In this document: positions 51,842-64,000 of the stretch, one piece after another | Position numbering within the stretch: position 1 is the stretch's first letter | Layout of the letters: each line of letters starts with the position of its first letter | Source of the DNA: Octopus vulgaris | Taxonomy: Eukaryota | Assembly: GCA_951406725.2 (NCBI GenBank) | Contig: OX597814.1 | Location: forward strand, 108,996,001 to 109,060,000 | Length of the DNA stretch: 64,000 nucleotides | Direction of reading: 5' to 3' | Made by a program: the position numbers and the translations under genes | Notes under the pieces: generated by a model | The model's input: the letters and a program-made list of their open reading frames with translations, nothing else | Told to the model about the DNA's origin: nothing | Database searches by the model: none

Positions 51842-53148
51842 CTGTAAAAACAAAGTAAAAATACAATGAAATAAACGAGACACAGATAAAGGAAGATGAC
51901 ACATATCACCAAACATTACATTCATTTAATAACATAATTATTTATTACCTCTGCCTTAACAAAGGTGCAGATATTGTTTTCAGTCGTGTTTGTTTGTTTG
52001 TCTGTCAACAAAATATCTCAAGAACCGCTGAATGGATTTGGATGAAACTTTCAGGGATGTTTGGCCTCATGACTGGCACAAACTAATTAGATTTTGGGAT
52101 CGATCCAGTACCGGACAAGGATTCTGGATTACTTTGCCTGCTTTTTTACTTAATTCTTGAGAATGGTCAGGTCCATTTTTAGTAATCTCGTTTGTGAGAG
52201 AAGTCAAGTTTATTTCAGAAAATCTCATTTTAAAAATCCTTTCTGGCTACAGAGGTTTGCACTCTCTGATTAATGCTCTTGTTCTTAATACATTCAGGTA
52301 TGGCTTACTGTTTGGGATATTTGGCTCACAGTCATAAGGTTGTGATTTCCATACCTAGCAGGGCATTGTGTTCTTGAGCAAGACACTTTATTTCACATTG
52401 CCCCACTCTACTCAGCTGGCAAAAGTGAGTTGTACGGGTAATTCAAAAGGTCAGCCTTGTAACATTCCGTCTCGCACTAAATCTCCCTGAGAACTACATT
52501 AATAGTACGTGTGTCTGTGGAGCACTCAGCCACTTGCATGTTTAATTTCAAGAGCAGACTATTCCATTGATTGGGACCAACTGGGACGCTTGTCAGCGTA
52601 ACTGAATGTGTCACTTGATACAATGGCGCAAATTCTAACATGAATATACTGATGAATTCAACAAAAAAAAACCAAGCTCCCATTTATAGAAACTAATAAA
52701 AAACAGATCAGGTGCCAATGTGTGCTGATGCTGGCCAAACATAAAACGGTAATGTTGAGGTCAGAGACTGTTCTATGGCAAGTGACAACAAAGAAAGAAG
52801 TCTTGAGAAACACAGAAGAACTTACTTAAAAACTTGCTTAAAGGATCCAATAATTTGATGCAAATCCCGACACTTGAAAATGGCATCATTAATGCCTTCA
52901 CCTATAATTGCCAGGTGAACTTTCTGGTAAAAGTGCCCACCTGTAATCTACATATGTTTCACATATGTAGATTATAGGTTGGGGGCAACTTTAAAAGGAG
53001 ATCAGTCAAAGGGGAGAGAGAGACAGAGAGAGAGAGAGAGCTAGCAGTTCCAGAAATCAAACTACCATTCTTCTTTGTTCCAAAGGATGAGAGTGTTATA
53101 AATATCTTCACAGAATCGGTTCCACAAACATAAAAGACAATAACTTAC

Positions 53149-53248
53149 TCAAATAAGATGTCGTATTTCCCTTTGTTTTTTATTGTTATTGTTTGTTTTG
53201 CATCTTCAGAAACTCGCACTGTACCAAAGTCAAGGCACCGGTCTTCAT
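53149..53248 (-). CDS. HYDIN: HYDIN exon: DEDRCLDFGTVRVSEDAKQTITIKNKGKYDILF
   Basis: Acceptor ttcttAG, donor GTAAGT. 100 nt, phase 1 to 2. LDFGxVRVxE...KNxGKY is HYDIN-like. Confidence 0.9.
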
Positions 53249-53319
53249 CTAAGAAATAAATAACCACAAAAACAGAATTATAAAAGACAATGGTAATGGA
53301 AATTCAGTTTATTAAAACA

Positions 53320-53695
53320 CTAGCACTATGACCCGGCAATGCTGGGTCATAGTGCTAGTGCATACATATACAGCTGCATGCGTGCGCACATACACGTGAG
53401 TACTGTCCAAATCTATGAACAATCACATACAGCTAGCTGGCATTCAATTGGCGTATCAAGTTTCGGGCATTTTGATTGGGTTTTGGATAGAAAATTCACA
53501 AAAAATTCACTTCTATTGATTTTTTAATGACTTTGCAGGGTGACTGGGGAAATGTAAAGATGTGCACGACCACCCTTGGACGGTTTTGAATGACCATAGA
53601 AAGTGCGAGCCCTCTAACTGAAAAATTGTGGATTTGTATAAAGGATACACACACACACACACAGACAGACATTTTGCTGTTTATATATATAGAGA
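53320..53695 (-). mobile_element. Non-autonomous Helitron with an extended terminal palindrome
   Basis: CTAG at 53320, TC 5' end at 53695. Homologous to 12045-12592. Confidence 0.72.
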
Positions 53696-53949
53696 TACCT
53701 CGTCCACAGAATTGGCATTAGGAAAGGCATCCAGCTGCAGAAACCGTGCCAAAGCAAATATTGAGCATGGCACAGTTCTACGACTCATTGGATTCTTTCA
53801 AACCATCCAACTCCAGCCATCATGGAAAATAAACATTAAATGATGATGATTTTGTGGTTTTGGAGCAGGATGGAGGGAAAGGCATGAACACCAACACAGC
53901 ACGTGTATCCAACTCTAGATCATTGTTCATGTGCTTGTAAAACAGAGTG

Positions 53950-54210
53950 TGATTTCAGAGAAGAACTGAGTATGCACGGCATGAGAGGTAGTGTGCAAGA
54001 GAGACGGAATGGTCATGTGATGCATATGAATGAAGACAGTTGCACCAAAAAGTGCCGATTACCGAAAGAGGATGGTATCTGCAGAAGAGGGAGATGCAGG
54101 AAGATGTGGGATAAAGTGGTAAGGACCAATCTCAGGATGTTGAGCCTCACAGAGGAAATGACAAAGGACCAAGATCTCTGGCGATATGAAGTTCTAGAGA
54201 AGACCTGCCC
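53950..54210 (+). mobile_element. RTE LINE C-terminal fragment
   Basis: Peptide GHVMHMNEDSCTKKC...RGRCRKMWDKVVRTNL...DQDLWR. Confidence 0.7.
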
Positions 54211-56155
54211 ATGTCAGCAAAACTGAGTTCTAGAAGCATTGTGTGTCCCACCCACACTTAAGAAAACCTCTCACACGCCCTACCACAACAAACCAAACTA
54301 CATCTCTACATCTCTTCCTCACAGTTCTGCTTCATACACTATGCTTACCTCCCACTCCCCAATCCTGTCCTCTTGGCCCCATGCCACACTATCATTGCTC
54401 TCTGCTAGCTTGCAACCTGTGTGTTTCACCCACATGCCCTGTCTCACTGTATTATAGCTACCTGCTAGCCCCTGACCTGTGTGTTCCACCCAGATGTAAC
54501 AAGAAAACTTTTCACTCACCTTACCCCAACAAACCAAACTACATCTCTTCTCATCCTCACATTTCCTCCTTCATACACTATGCCTGGTGCTCACTCCCCA
54601 ATCCTGTCCTCATAGCTCTGTTCCTCTGTATCAGTGCTATCTGGTAGTGCCTCAACTCTATATATACCCAGGTTTTTGCCACTCACCTCCCACCTCCACA
54701 CTCTTTAATCACGCTTCCTTCACAATATTCTGCCACTTATGTTATGGCATTTAAAACTTAAGGGTATGCCCTGGCACTTGCCACCATCTATGCCTCTCTC
54801 TTCCTTTACTCAACCATCCTATTTATATTCTGATCCCTGTCCTTTGTGAGTATGCCTGGCATTTTGCTATCTCTATACTGATGTTTCCCACACTCTCTCT
54901 CCTTCTCCTGCATTTCCCTCACATTGGGTAACCATGTATTTCCTTTGTGGTAGTGCATCTGTTTCCGTCTTCATCCCTGATCTCTTTTCTGTCTTGCAAG
55001 CCTTTGGTGACCCTGTCAGTGCAGGTACCACTTAAAAAGCACCCAGTCCACACTGTAAAGTGGTTGATATTCAGAAGGGCATCCAGCTGTAAAAACCTTG
55101 CCAAAACTGACTTCACCTTTTACTTGTGCCATGTAAAAAGCACTAAATCCACTCTGCTGAGTAGTTGGTGTTAGGAAGGGCATTCAGCTGTAAAAATCCT
55201 GCCAAAACAATCACAGAAGTTTGGTGCAGGCTTCTGCCTGGCCTGGCTCTTGTGAAACCATCCTACCCGTGCCAGGTTGGAAGGTGGACATTAAACAATG
55301 ATGATGGTGAGAAAGGATCTTCAGACGTTGGGCTGCATAGAGGGGATGACAAGGGCCCAAAACTTCTGGTGGTTTGCAGTGCTTAAGAACACATGTGAAG
55401 CTAAGTAAAATTGCAGTTGTCCTTCAATACAGGGATGTTCCCTGCATCCCAGCTGAGCAATCCTAACCTTGGGGGCTCATAGGAGCTGGTGCCATGTAAA
55501 ATGCACCAATGCCGGTATCATGTAAAAGTGCCCATGCCAATGCCACATTAAAAGCAACCGGTACACTCTGTAAAGTGGTTGGCATTAGGAAGGGTGTCCA
55601 GCCATAGAAGCAATGGCCAAAACTGACATGGAGTCCAAGCAGCTCTCCAGCTGGACAACTTCATGCCAAACTGTCCGACCCATGCCAGCATGGAAAACAG
55701 ATAGTCAATGATGACGATGGTGACCTGAGATAATTGTAGCAATTACTACTACTACTACTACTACACAGAGTCACTTGCACACCAACATGTCCCACCCACA
55801 GATATCTACTTTCCAGCATTTGTCTTTTCAACCAACCATTGCAAAGATGCTCCTAAATTAAATATTATCTATTTCTTTACTACCCACAAGGGGCTAAACA
55901 CAGAGGGGACAAACAAGGACAGACAGACAGATTAAGTTGATTACATCAACCCCAGTGCGTAACTGGTATTTATTTAATTGACTCCTGAAGGATGAAAGGC
56001 AAAGTCGTCTTCGGCGGAATTTGAACTCAGAACATAATGGCAGATAAAATATGGCTACGCATTTCGTCCGGCGTGCTAACGTTTCTGCCAGCTCACCAAC
56101 TTACTCTAAATTAAATATTATCATGCAAGGTGTATGTGGAAGAGAACATTTTTAC

Positions 56156-56264
56156 CTGTCGACATGGCCTTGGGGAAGTTGATATCAACTGCAACATCGT
56201 AAGCTTCTCCTAAGATGCTGATTATTTCAGATGAAGATTTCACAGTATTATCAACATCAAAGAT
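56156..56264 (-). CDS. HYDIN: HYDIN exon: IFDVDNTVKSSSEIISILGEAYDVAVDINFPKAMST
   Basis: Acceptor tttaatAG, donor GTAAAA. 109 nt, phase 0 to 1. EAYDVAVDINFPK matches HYDIN EAYDIALDITFPK. Not in the ORF track. Confidence 0.88.
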
Positions 56265-56334
56265 CTATTAAAGGAACAACACATGAGAAAGGATTATTCA
56301 ACTTTAATTAATGCAACTGGAATTTTGTTATCGC

Positions 56335-56506
56335 AGGCATAGGAATGGCTGTGTGGTAAGTAGCTTGCTTACGAACCACATGGTTCCAGGTTCAGTCCCA
56401 CTGCGTGGCATCTTGGGCAAGTGTCTTCTACTATAGCCTCAGGCCGACCAAAGCCTTGTGAGTGGATTTGGTAGACGGAAACTGAAAGAAGCCCGTCGTA
56501 TATATG

Positions 56507-56548
<42 letters not shown>

Positions 56549-56745
56549 CGTTTGTGTGTCTGTGTTTGTCCTCCCAACATCGCTTGACAACCGATGCTGG
56601 GGTATTTACGTCCCCGTAACTTAGTGGTTCGGCATGAGAGACAGATAGAATAAGCACTAGGCTTACAAAGAATAAGTCGATTTGCTCGACTAAAGGCAGT
56701 GCTCCAGCATGGCCACAGTCAAATGACTGAAACAAATAAAAGAGT
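56335..56745 (+). mobile_element. Full-length tRNA-derived SINE
   Basis: TGGCTGTGTGG A-box-like and GGTTCAGTCCC B-box-like head, internal (TA)/(TG) run, 3' end GCTCCAGCATGGCCACAGTCAAATGACTGAAAC. Confidence 0.82.
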
Positions 56746-56879
56746 ATTGTTAATAAATTTGCTTAACCGTTTCAACATCAGTTATGTTGTAGTAAGCACA
56801 ACTTTGTTCGATTATATTCTTGGAAGACAGAAAAAGCAAGAGGTCACATGGTTTTGTGCTTACGGTTGAATGTAACAAA

Positions 56880-57575
56880 GTTTCTACAGTATTTGATGGA
56901 TATTTGTCCTCATCTTGTTTGTTGTTAACATGTTTCGGCTGATATACCCTCCACCCTTCCTCAGGTGTCTTGGGGAAATTTCGAACTTGAGTTCTCATTC
57001 CTAAGGTATTTTTCGATGGTATTATTATTATTATTCAGGTCACTGCATGGAATAAAACTTGGAATCTTGGCGTTAGTAGCCCGCACTCTTAACCACTACA
57101 CCATATGCCCATGGGCATATTATGGAGTGAAATTTGGGGCTTATAAATCTAATATCTTCCTATCCTTCCTTAAAACCAGTTCCCATATGCTATTCATATC
57201 TGCACTTCGTCTGCTTAGGAGGTTGTTGTGTCCTAGCATTTGTGCTACTTCTTTTAGTTTTCATATTTTCCAGTGGTGTTCTCTGTCTATTATTTTAACT
57301 TCATCCCACAAGGGGGAGGTGGTCTCCATTTTTCCATACATGATCAACTATACCTGATTTATCAATATCTCCTCATGTCACAGATTTGCGATGTTCCTCT
57401 ACCCTTATTTTGAGGGGGCAGCATGAGAACCCAGGTTCAAAATTTCCCCAAGACACCTGACAAAGGCTGGGAGGTATATCAGCCGAAACGTTGTGTTAAC
57501 AACAAACAAGATGTGGACAAATATCTGTCAAATGTAAATAATGTAAATAATTGCTCATCTCTTAAATATAGAATA
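56880..57575 (-). mobile_element. Penelope-like remnant: GIY-YIG C-terminus between inverted pLTRs, each with a hammerhead-like motif
   Basis: Minus-strand peptide PLKIRVEEHRK...DHVWKNGDHLPLWDEVKII (about 57180-57420). Inverted copies at about 56890-57000 (-) and 57423-57545 (+). Confidence 0.78.
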
Positions 57576-58496
57576 GTATTAACAAAGTTTCTGCCAATTA
57601 GTGAGGCATATACACAAAATCATGTAGTACCCTGCTTTTTTTATCCTTTAGAGGTAGAGCAAAACAAAATTACATCTGCTAAAGTGCAAGTGTGACCATA
57701 ACCTTGTGGCCAATGCCAGCGGTGTAATCAGTCCACTTATGTGTGCCTTTCCTTCATTGGACACTAAACTCTGCTTGCGAAGACCAGTTGAGACAAGTGA
57801 AATCAAAATTGAAATCAAACTCGGTGACTGGCATCCGTTGCTAGTGGAGCGCTAAGAGTACCAAACGAGTGAGATCATTGCCAGAGCAACAAGCTGGCCT
57901 TCGTGCTGATGGCACGTTAAACACACCATCGAGCGTGATCGTTACCTGCATCGCCTTACTGGCACTTGTGCTGGTGGCATGAAAAACATTCAAGCAAGGT
58001 CATTGCCAGTGCCACTGGACTGGCTCCTGTGCAGGTGGCACATAAAAAGCACCATTTGAGCATAGCCATTGCCAGTAGTACTAGACTGGCCCTCTTGCAG
58101 GTAGCACGTAAAAGCACCCACTACACTCTTGGAGTGGTTGGCATTAGGAAGGGCATCCAGCTGTAGAAACTCTGCCAGATCAGATTGGAGTCTGGTTCGC
58201 CAGACCTCAGTCAAATCGTCCAACCCATGCTAGCATGGAAAGCGGATGTTAAATGATGATGATGATGACGAAAGAAGTAAAATTCAAGGCAGAACCTTTT
58301 TCACTTTCTTCTTTCAAATCTGGAACAGACATGACCTTAACTTTTTCAAACAGAATTTCCTTATATCAATAATTTTCTTTGAAAAATCATAGCAGCTACT
58401 GATGTGAATGGTGAAATGAAAGACATGAAATAATACAATGGTTGGAACAATGTATGATTCCAACATTTCAATATTGAGTAAATAACCAAAATTTAC

Positions 58497-58698
58497 CTCC
58501 AATCTTATTTGCTTCTTTGCCATTATTAATGGCTTCTTTGATTGAAAGTAGGCATGTAGAGGGGTCTCACCCAAAGGCGGAACAACTCCACCAGTAGAAG
58601 AAACAGTAAACTCATCTCCAAGATTCTCAATCCCACTCAATTTCCAACCAACAGGCAATTTTGTACGGTTACGCATGCGTATTGTACGTTTTTCTTCT
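58497..58698 (-). CDS. HYDIN: HYDIN exon (first found in window): (R)EEKRTIRMRNRTKLPVGWKLSGIENLGDEFTVSSTGGVVPPLGETPLHAYFQSKKPLIMAKKQIRLE
   Basis: AG acceptor 58699-58700, GT donor 58495-58496. 202 nt, phase 2 to 0. Resembles the HYDIN ASH/Ig-like repeat (LPVAWRLSGLENLGDDF) from memory. In frame with the next exon. Confidence 0.88.
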
Positions 58699-58772
58699 CT
58701 GAGAAAAAGTATAAATGAAATGAAAATAAACATTTAATATTCTCTTATTTATGCATTATTATTATTATTATT

Positions 58773-58805
<33 letters not shown>

Positions 58806-58807
<2 letters not shown>

Positions 58808-60508
58808 CCAACAACTCAAGGGCTTACTAGCGATTGTTAAACAATTCAGTGATGACATCAGAATGCAATTTGGCCTAGATAAATGTGCAAAAGCTACCTT
58901 TATCAAAGGAAAAATGACAGAAACATCTAACATTAATTAGCCTTGACCAGCAGAATGTCATAAAAGAATTAGACGCAGCGGAGAGCTACAAGTACCTAGG
59001 GGTAATTGAAGGGGACGGAATAAGGCATTCAGTGATGAAGGAAATGATCAGGAGAGAATGTTATCACAGAGTAAGAGCTGAATGCGAGAAACAGGATCGA
59101 AGCGATCAATGCTTTAGCCATACCAGTCGTGACTTACAGTTTTAATATCGTTAACTGGTCAATTACTGAAATATGTAATCTTGACAGAAAAATACAAAAA
59201 CTGTTGACAATGCATAGAATGCACCACCCTAAGGCAGATACAGAACGACTTTATCTGCCAAGAAAAGAGGGAGGCCGTGGACTTTTACAACTGGCAATAA
59301 CAATGAAGATTGCTACAATTGGCCTAGACACCTACCTGAAAAACTCTGAGGTCTGGATGTTAAAACTTATCTCAAAACATGAAAACAAGAAAGCATCATA
59401 CTCAGTAACAAAACAGGCAAAGGAATATCTAAGTGAATTCCGAATACAACAAATTTCGGAATTAGACATACAAAAAACAAGCACAGAAAAAGCTAAGTGC
59501 ATGAAAACCCGTGCTAAAACTGCGGCCTTAGATATTCTGAATGATAAATGGCAAGAAAAACCTCTCTATGGCAAATACCCAAAGAGAGCGAATAATGCAG
59601 ATGTTGACAAAGCCCTGACCCATCAATGGCTAATGGCCTCTGGCTTAAAATCTGAAACAGAAGGGTTTATCATAGCAGCTCAAGATCAATGCTTACCAAC
59701 AAGAAACTACCAGGCCAACATATTAAAGAACGGCAGTAGCCCAACATGTCGTGTATGTCAACAACAAAACGAAACCATTGATCATGTTATCTCCAAGTGC
59801 AGTCTTCTAGCGCCTACAGAGTATCTCAACAGGCATGATAGAGCTGCACAATATATTCACTGGGTAATTTGCAAAAACCTGGATTTGCCCCATGAAAAAA
59901 ACTGGTGGGAACACAAACCACCTCCAGTGCTTGAAAATGACCACATCTCACTCCTCTGGAACTTCACCATTCTAACTGACAGAAAGATAGATGCAAATAG
60001 GCCAGACATCATATTGAAAGACATCAAAGAACATGCCTCCTCATTGATATGACTGTCCCAATCGATATAAACGTATCTGTCAAGACCTACCAAAAACTGA
60101 GCAAATATAAAGATCTTGAAATAGAAATCAGCAAAATGTGGAAGCTGAAGACTAAAACAATACCTGTTGTCATAGGTGCCCTGGGAATGATAGCAAAAGG
60201 GGCTGATTGCTACCTAACTCAGATACCAGGAAACCCCAAAATGGCAGAAATTCAAAAGATAGTGCTCATGGGAACTGCTCATATCATACGCAAAATACTT
60301 TCTATGTAATCTCAAGGTTTAAAACAAACATAATTTTCGGTTTTTTTTTTTTTAGACATTCACTAGTACAACACAAAAAAAAAACAACAACAAATATATG
60401 GCACACTAGGCATAACAACAACATGAACTTCCAACCTATTGTCTCTTGAGGTCTCTGGGTGAGACTTGGAGCCAACTTGTACAAATATAAAGCAAAAGTC
60501 AAACATAG
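58806..60508 (+). mobile_element. 5'-truncated R4/Dong-like LINE (RT end + CCHC + RLE), degenerate
   Basis: Motifs RLYLPRKEGGRGL, CRVCQQQNETIDHVISKC, RHD, NRPDII. (AAT)n on both flanks. Confidence 0.88.
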
Positions 60509-60633
60509 AATAATAATAATAATGATAATCCTTTCTATTATGGGCACAAGGCCTGAAATTTGAGGAATAAAAAAAATAATAACAATAACAATAATAATAA
60601 TAATAATAAGAAGAAGAAGAAGAAGAAGAAGAA

Positions 60634-61098
60634 AGACCAAAACAATAAAGTTTGCTTATTGATCGACATGAGCATCCCCTGTAATCATAATATCTCAGCG
60701 AAAGAGTTTGACAAGCTCAGAAAATATAAAGACCTACTCATTGAAATTGAGAAAATGTGGCATCTCAAGGCGGTTACAATACCAGTGATCGTAGGAGCAC
60801 TAGGAATGATCAAGAAGGGAACCGAAAATTATATGAGAATGATCCCTGGCTTACCATCCCTGCAAGAAGTGCAAAAGATTGTCTTAACTGGTACATCACA
60901 CGTATTGAGAAGAGCATTGTTGATGTGAGAATTATTACTACCCATGTATTTTAATTTAACTTAAAAAAAAAAAAATGAACGAACTATTGAGTTTAGTTTA
61001 ATGGCCTACCAATGTATACTATGAGTTTCTTTGCCCTAGGAGTCGGGAAGACACTCGGCAAGAAATGGAAGCAAATTTGAAAGAAGAAAAAAAAAAGT
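60634..61098 (+). mobile_element. Short 3' fragment of an R4/Dong-like LINE (same subfamily as 15982-17990)
   Basis: Peptide LIDMSIPCNHNISAKEFDKLRKYKDL...QKIVLTGT. (AAT)n/(AAG)n flanks. Confidence 0.82.
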
Positions 61099-61520
61099 AA
61101 TAATAATAATAATAATAAATAATAATAACTAGACTACCCCTGACCCGTAGGTCACCAGGAAAGTCTGAGTTTCCTAGCAATGGAGTTTTGTTACATGGGT
61201 TTTTTGTTTTCTTTTCCATTTTATTTCACATGCTTTCAATGAATGTGACATCAAATTCACACGTAAACGGCACCTTTCCCCAGAAACGGAAAGATTTAGC
61301 TGCTATTTCTTGCATGCCCTGCTAATATGTAACAGGTATTTTGAGTCCTTTACTGTAAATAGCTGTTACGTGGTAGCTGGGCATGCTAGAAATAGCAGAA
61401 AAATCTTTGGAGCTGAGATACATTGAACACACTTGAAAAAACTTTTGTAAAGGCATTCCTTTGGGGCAATCTCTCACTTTGACTCTCAGAACTGTCATCT
61501 GGATCAGTGGGTTTTGTTCA

Positions 61521-61934
61521 TTAATTTCTGTAAAAAAATTTTATTATTTACTTTTGTTTTAAAGTGAAAGAGAGGAGAACGTGAAAGATGTATGAAAATG
61601 TATATGAAATGGAGTTGTGTGTGTTTGTGTGTGAGAGTATCACTTATACATGAGAACACACACATTCACTCATTCTCTCTCTCTCACACACATGCACACG
61701 TACAAACAAAAAAGATGTATGCATATGTATTGATGTATGTATGTATACATGACAACACCCCCCCTTCACTCACTCTCTTTCTCTTGTTTTTTCTTCCTCT
61801 CTCTCTTACTCTCTCCCTCTCTCTTTCTTTCATACACACATCCATTTCATATACACATACATACATCTTTTACTTTCTCTTCTCTTTCACTTTAAAACAA
61901 AAGTAAATAAATAAAAAATTTTCACAGAAATTAA
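61521..61934. repeat. Inverted repeat (arms about 100 bp, spacer about 200 bp), possibly inside a Helitron derivative whose 3' CTAG is at 61129
   Basis: TTAATTTCTGT..TTTACTTTTGTTTTAAAGTGAAAGAGA..GATGTATG and its complement at 61860-61934. Confidence 0.75.
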
Positions 61935-64000
61935 CGACTTGAAAATAATTAAAAAAAACATTAAAATATTATCTGATTAAAGAAAGCTAAAATATCAATA
62001 CTTACTGTACAAACAACTTACATTTTTGAAATCACATTCACTTAAAAGTATTTCTAAATGATTAAAATATTGTACATCAAAAAGTCAACGTTTTTTTTTC
62101 TTAGAGAGCACAAAGACTATGTGTATGTATATGTCACAGATAGCAGACGTGTGTTTGTGTTGGCATTCATTATATGTGTGTATGTGTGTTGGCATCATGG
62201 AAGCCATGTTTTTTTCATCAAGAAATAACAAACAAAAATTGTGTTTCATCAGTTTCATTAATAGAGGTCAAAATGTCACCAAAATTTGGACTGCACTGCC
62301 AAGGTAAGTACAAAAATGAATATGCAAAAAAAAAAAAATTAAGATAAAATACATTATTTCTGAGACATTCCAGGTACAAATAAACAACTCTAGAGTTTTA
62401 GTATTATTAAGAGGGTTTCAAATTTTGGCACAAGGTCAGCAAGTTCAGTGAGATGGGCACAAGTCAATTACATTAACCCCAGTGATCAACTGGTGCTGAT
62501 TTTATCGACTGCAAAAGTATGAACGGCAAAGTTGACCTTAGCAGAATTTGAACTCAGAACGTACCGACTGATGAAATATCACTAAGCATTGTGCCCAGTG
62601 TGCTAACAACTCTGCCAGCTTGCCACCTTAATAATAATAATGTCCTGATGCAGTACCAGGCAGTGGCTCTCATCGCTTCTGATCTTAACTGGCTGGAAGT
62701 GTTATCATGTACATTGTTTTGTCTTGGTATAAAAGATGGGCTACAGCAAATATTCTGTTCAATACCACAGATTTGCCTGACAGTTGTTTGACCATAACCA
62801 GTTGAGCATGTCCCTTGGTGGCTGATGATATGTGCATCTCTGATCACGAGCAGAAGTAGTGGGGGAGCATCATAGCCGTGTGTTGAGAGGGATTCTTTGG
62901 GGTTTGAATAATCCCCCTCAGGAAACATGGGTGTTTCATTCATCATCCTCAAACAACCCTTATTCAGGGACCTTTTGAGCAGGATCAACCTGAAGAAAAT
63001 TGTAACCGGGCCCCACCTGCAAGGTCATGTGCTGGGCAATATCACACAGGAGAGAAATCCACTGATAAAGGTGAGACATCCACCAATAAAAACCCTGGAG
63101 TGCTTATGTCTTTATAGTGCAGATGAAAGTCAATCAGGAGAGAAGAGGCCATGTCCATGATGCTTGTAGTCATTACTAACACGTGAGGCTGATGCGGGTC
63201 ACACCATTTATATACAGTTCATGCAATCTTCTCTTTGTACAGGAAAGGAAACCACTCGTTATCAACAGTGGTAACATCTCCTGGCACATTTTCCCATCTT
63301 TTCTTACCTTAATTACCTGAAGTTCTTTGTAATAGAAGTTATGTAACTAATTAATACGAAACCACCAGAAGTAGTAACTACTAGAAGTTAAACAGATAAT
63401 TATTAAAAGTTCTGTCAGCGATTTGTGTACCAGTTGGTCACAATTATAAGTAAGGCAGGTTGGAGAAAGAATAAGCTGAAGAAGTAGAAGGCATTAGACT
63501 CCATTAGCAACAAAAGGCTTTCTTTGTTGTTCAAAGAGGAGATGGCCTTTTGCTGTCTCTCATGTGATGCAGACAATGAATGAAGGCAGAAGAGAGAGAA
63601 GCAGAGTCTATAAGGTTAACTTGAATGAAAGACTGTCTGTGAGCGAATTTAAGAAATGACTAGATGTACAAGATACTGGAACATCTTTAATCATAAGGGT
63701 ACCTTGAACAACATCATTTTAATGTCCACTTTCTCATGCTTGCATGGCTCAGATGGAATTGTCTGAGGCAGATTTTCCACAATCAGAATTGCCTTCTTGC
63801 TACCAGACCTCAATTGTTTCCAAGTAACATATTTCTCTTTGGTCAGATACGATTCACAGAAGACTGGAAACAAATGTTTCTAAGATGGTAATGCTACCTT
63901 ACAACCATCAAATGATGTCAAGATGAGACAAACACACACACACATATCACATCACATCTACTTTTAACAAAAGGCTTTAACATATACTTTTCCAAATTCC

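Noticed and set aside
56335-56410. tRNA genes at A/B-box-like motifs
   Set aside because: These are SINE heads continuing into SINE bodies, with no complete cloverleaf.
63290-63420. Donor-like CTTACC/TTACC sites as an upstream HYDIN exon
   Set aside because: I found no open, HYDIN-like reading frame. The preceding exon probably lies outside the window.

Overview
Eukaryotic, AT-rich, repeat-saturated DNA. The SINE families, (TA)n/(TAA)n arrays and gene content point to an octopod cephalopod (inference). The host gene is HYDIN on the minus strand: ten GT-AG exons (58698 down to 913) splice in frame to 1615 nt, and the gene continues beyond both window edges. Its introns (largest 18567-43388, about 24.8 kb; also 1141-12745, about 11.6 kb) hold a full-length but disabled Helitron with several non-autonomous derivatives. 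They also hold three copies of an APE/RT LINE (Proto2/CR1-like), all embedded in (TA)n arrays, and R4/Dong-like RLE LINEs embedded in (TAA)n. Other residents are Penelope remnants with minimal hammerhead motifs, a maT/DD37D-like transposase relic, many SINEs and many foldback palindromes. Best leads: (1) the LINE and an abundant tRNA-SINE share a 3' end with a compensatorily covarying stem-loop, suggesting a TA-microsatellite-targeting LINE/SINE pair; (2) an RTE-tailed non-coding element headed by 5.75 tandem 333-bp monomers; (3) two abutting perfect palindromes centred on (TA)n; (4) an in-phase U_UUU_UUG site linking LINE ORF1 to ORF2. All calls were made by eye with no database searches, and TE boundaries are approximate unless termini are stated.
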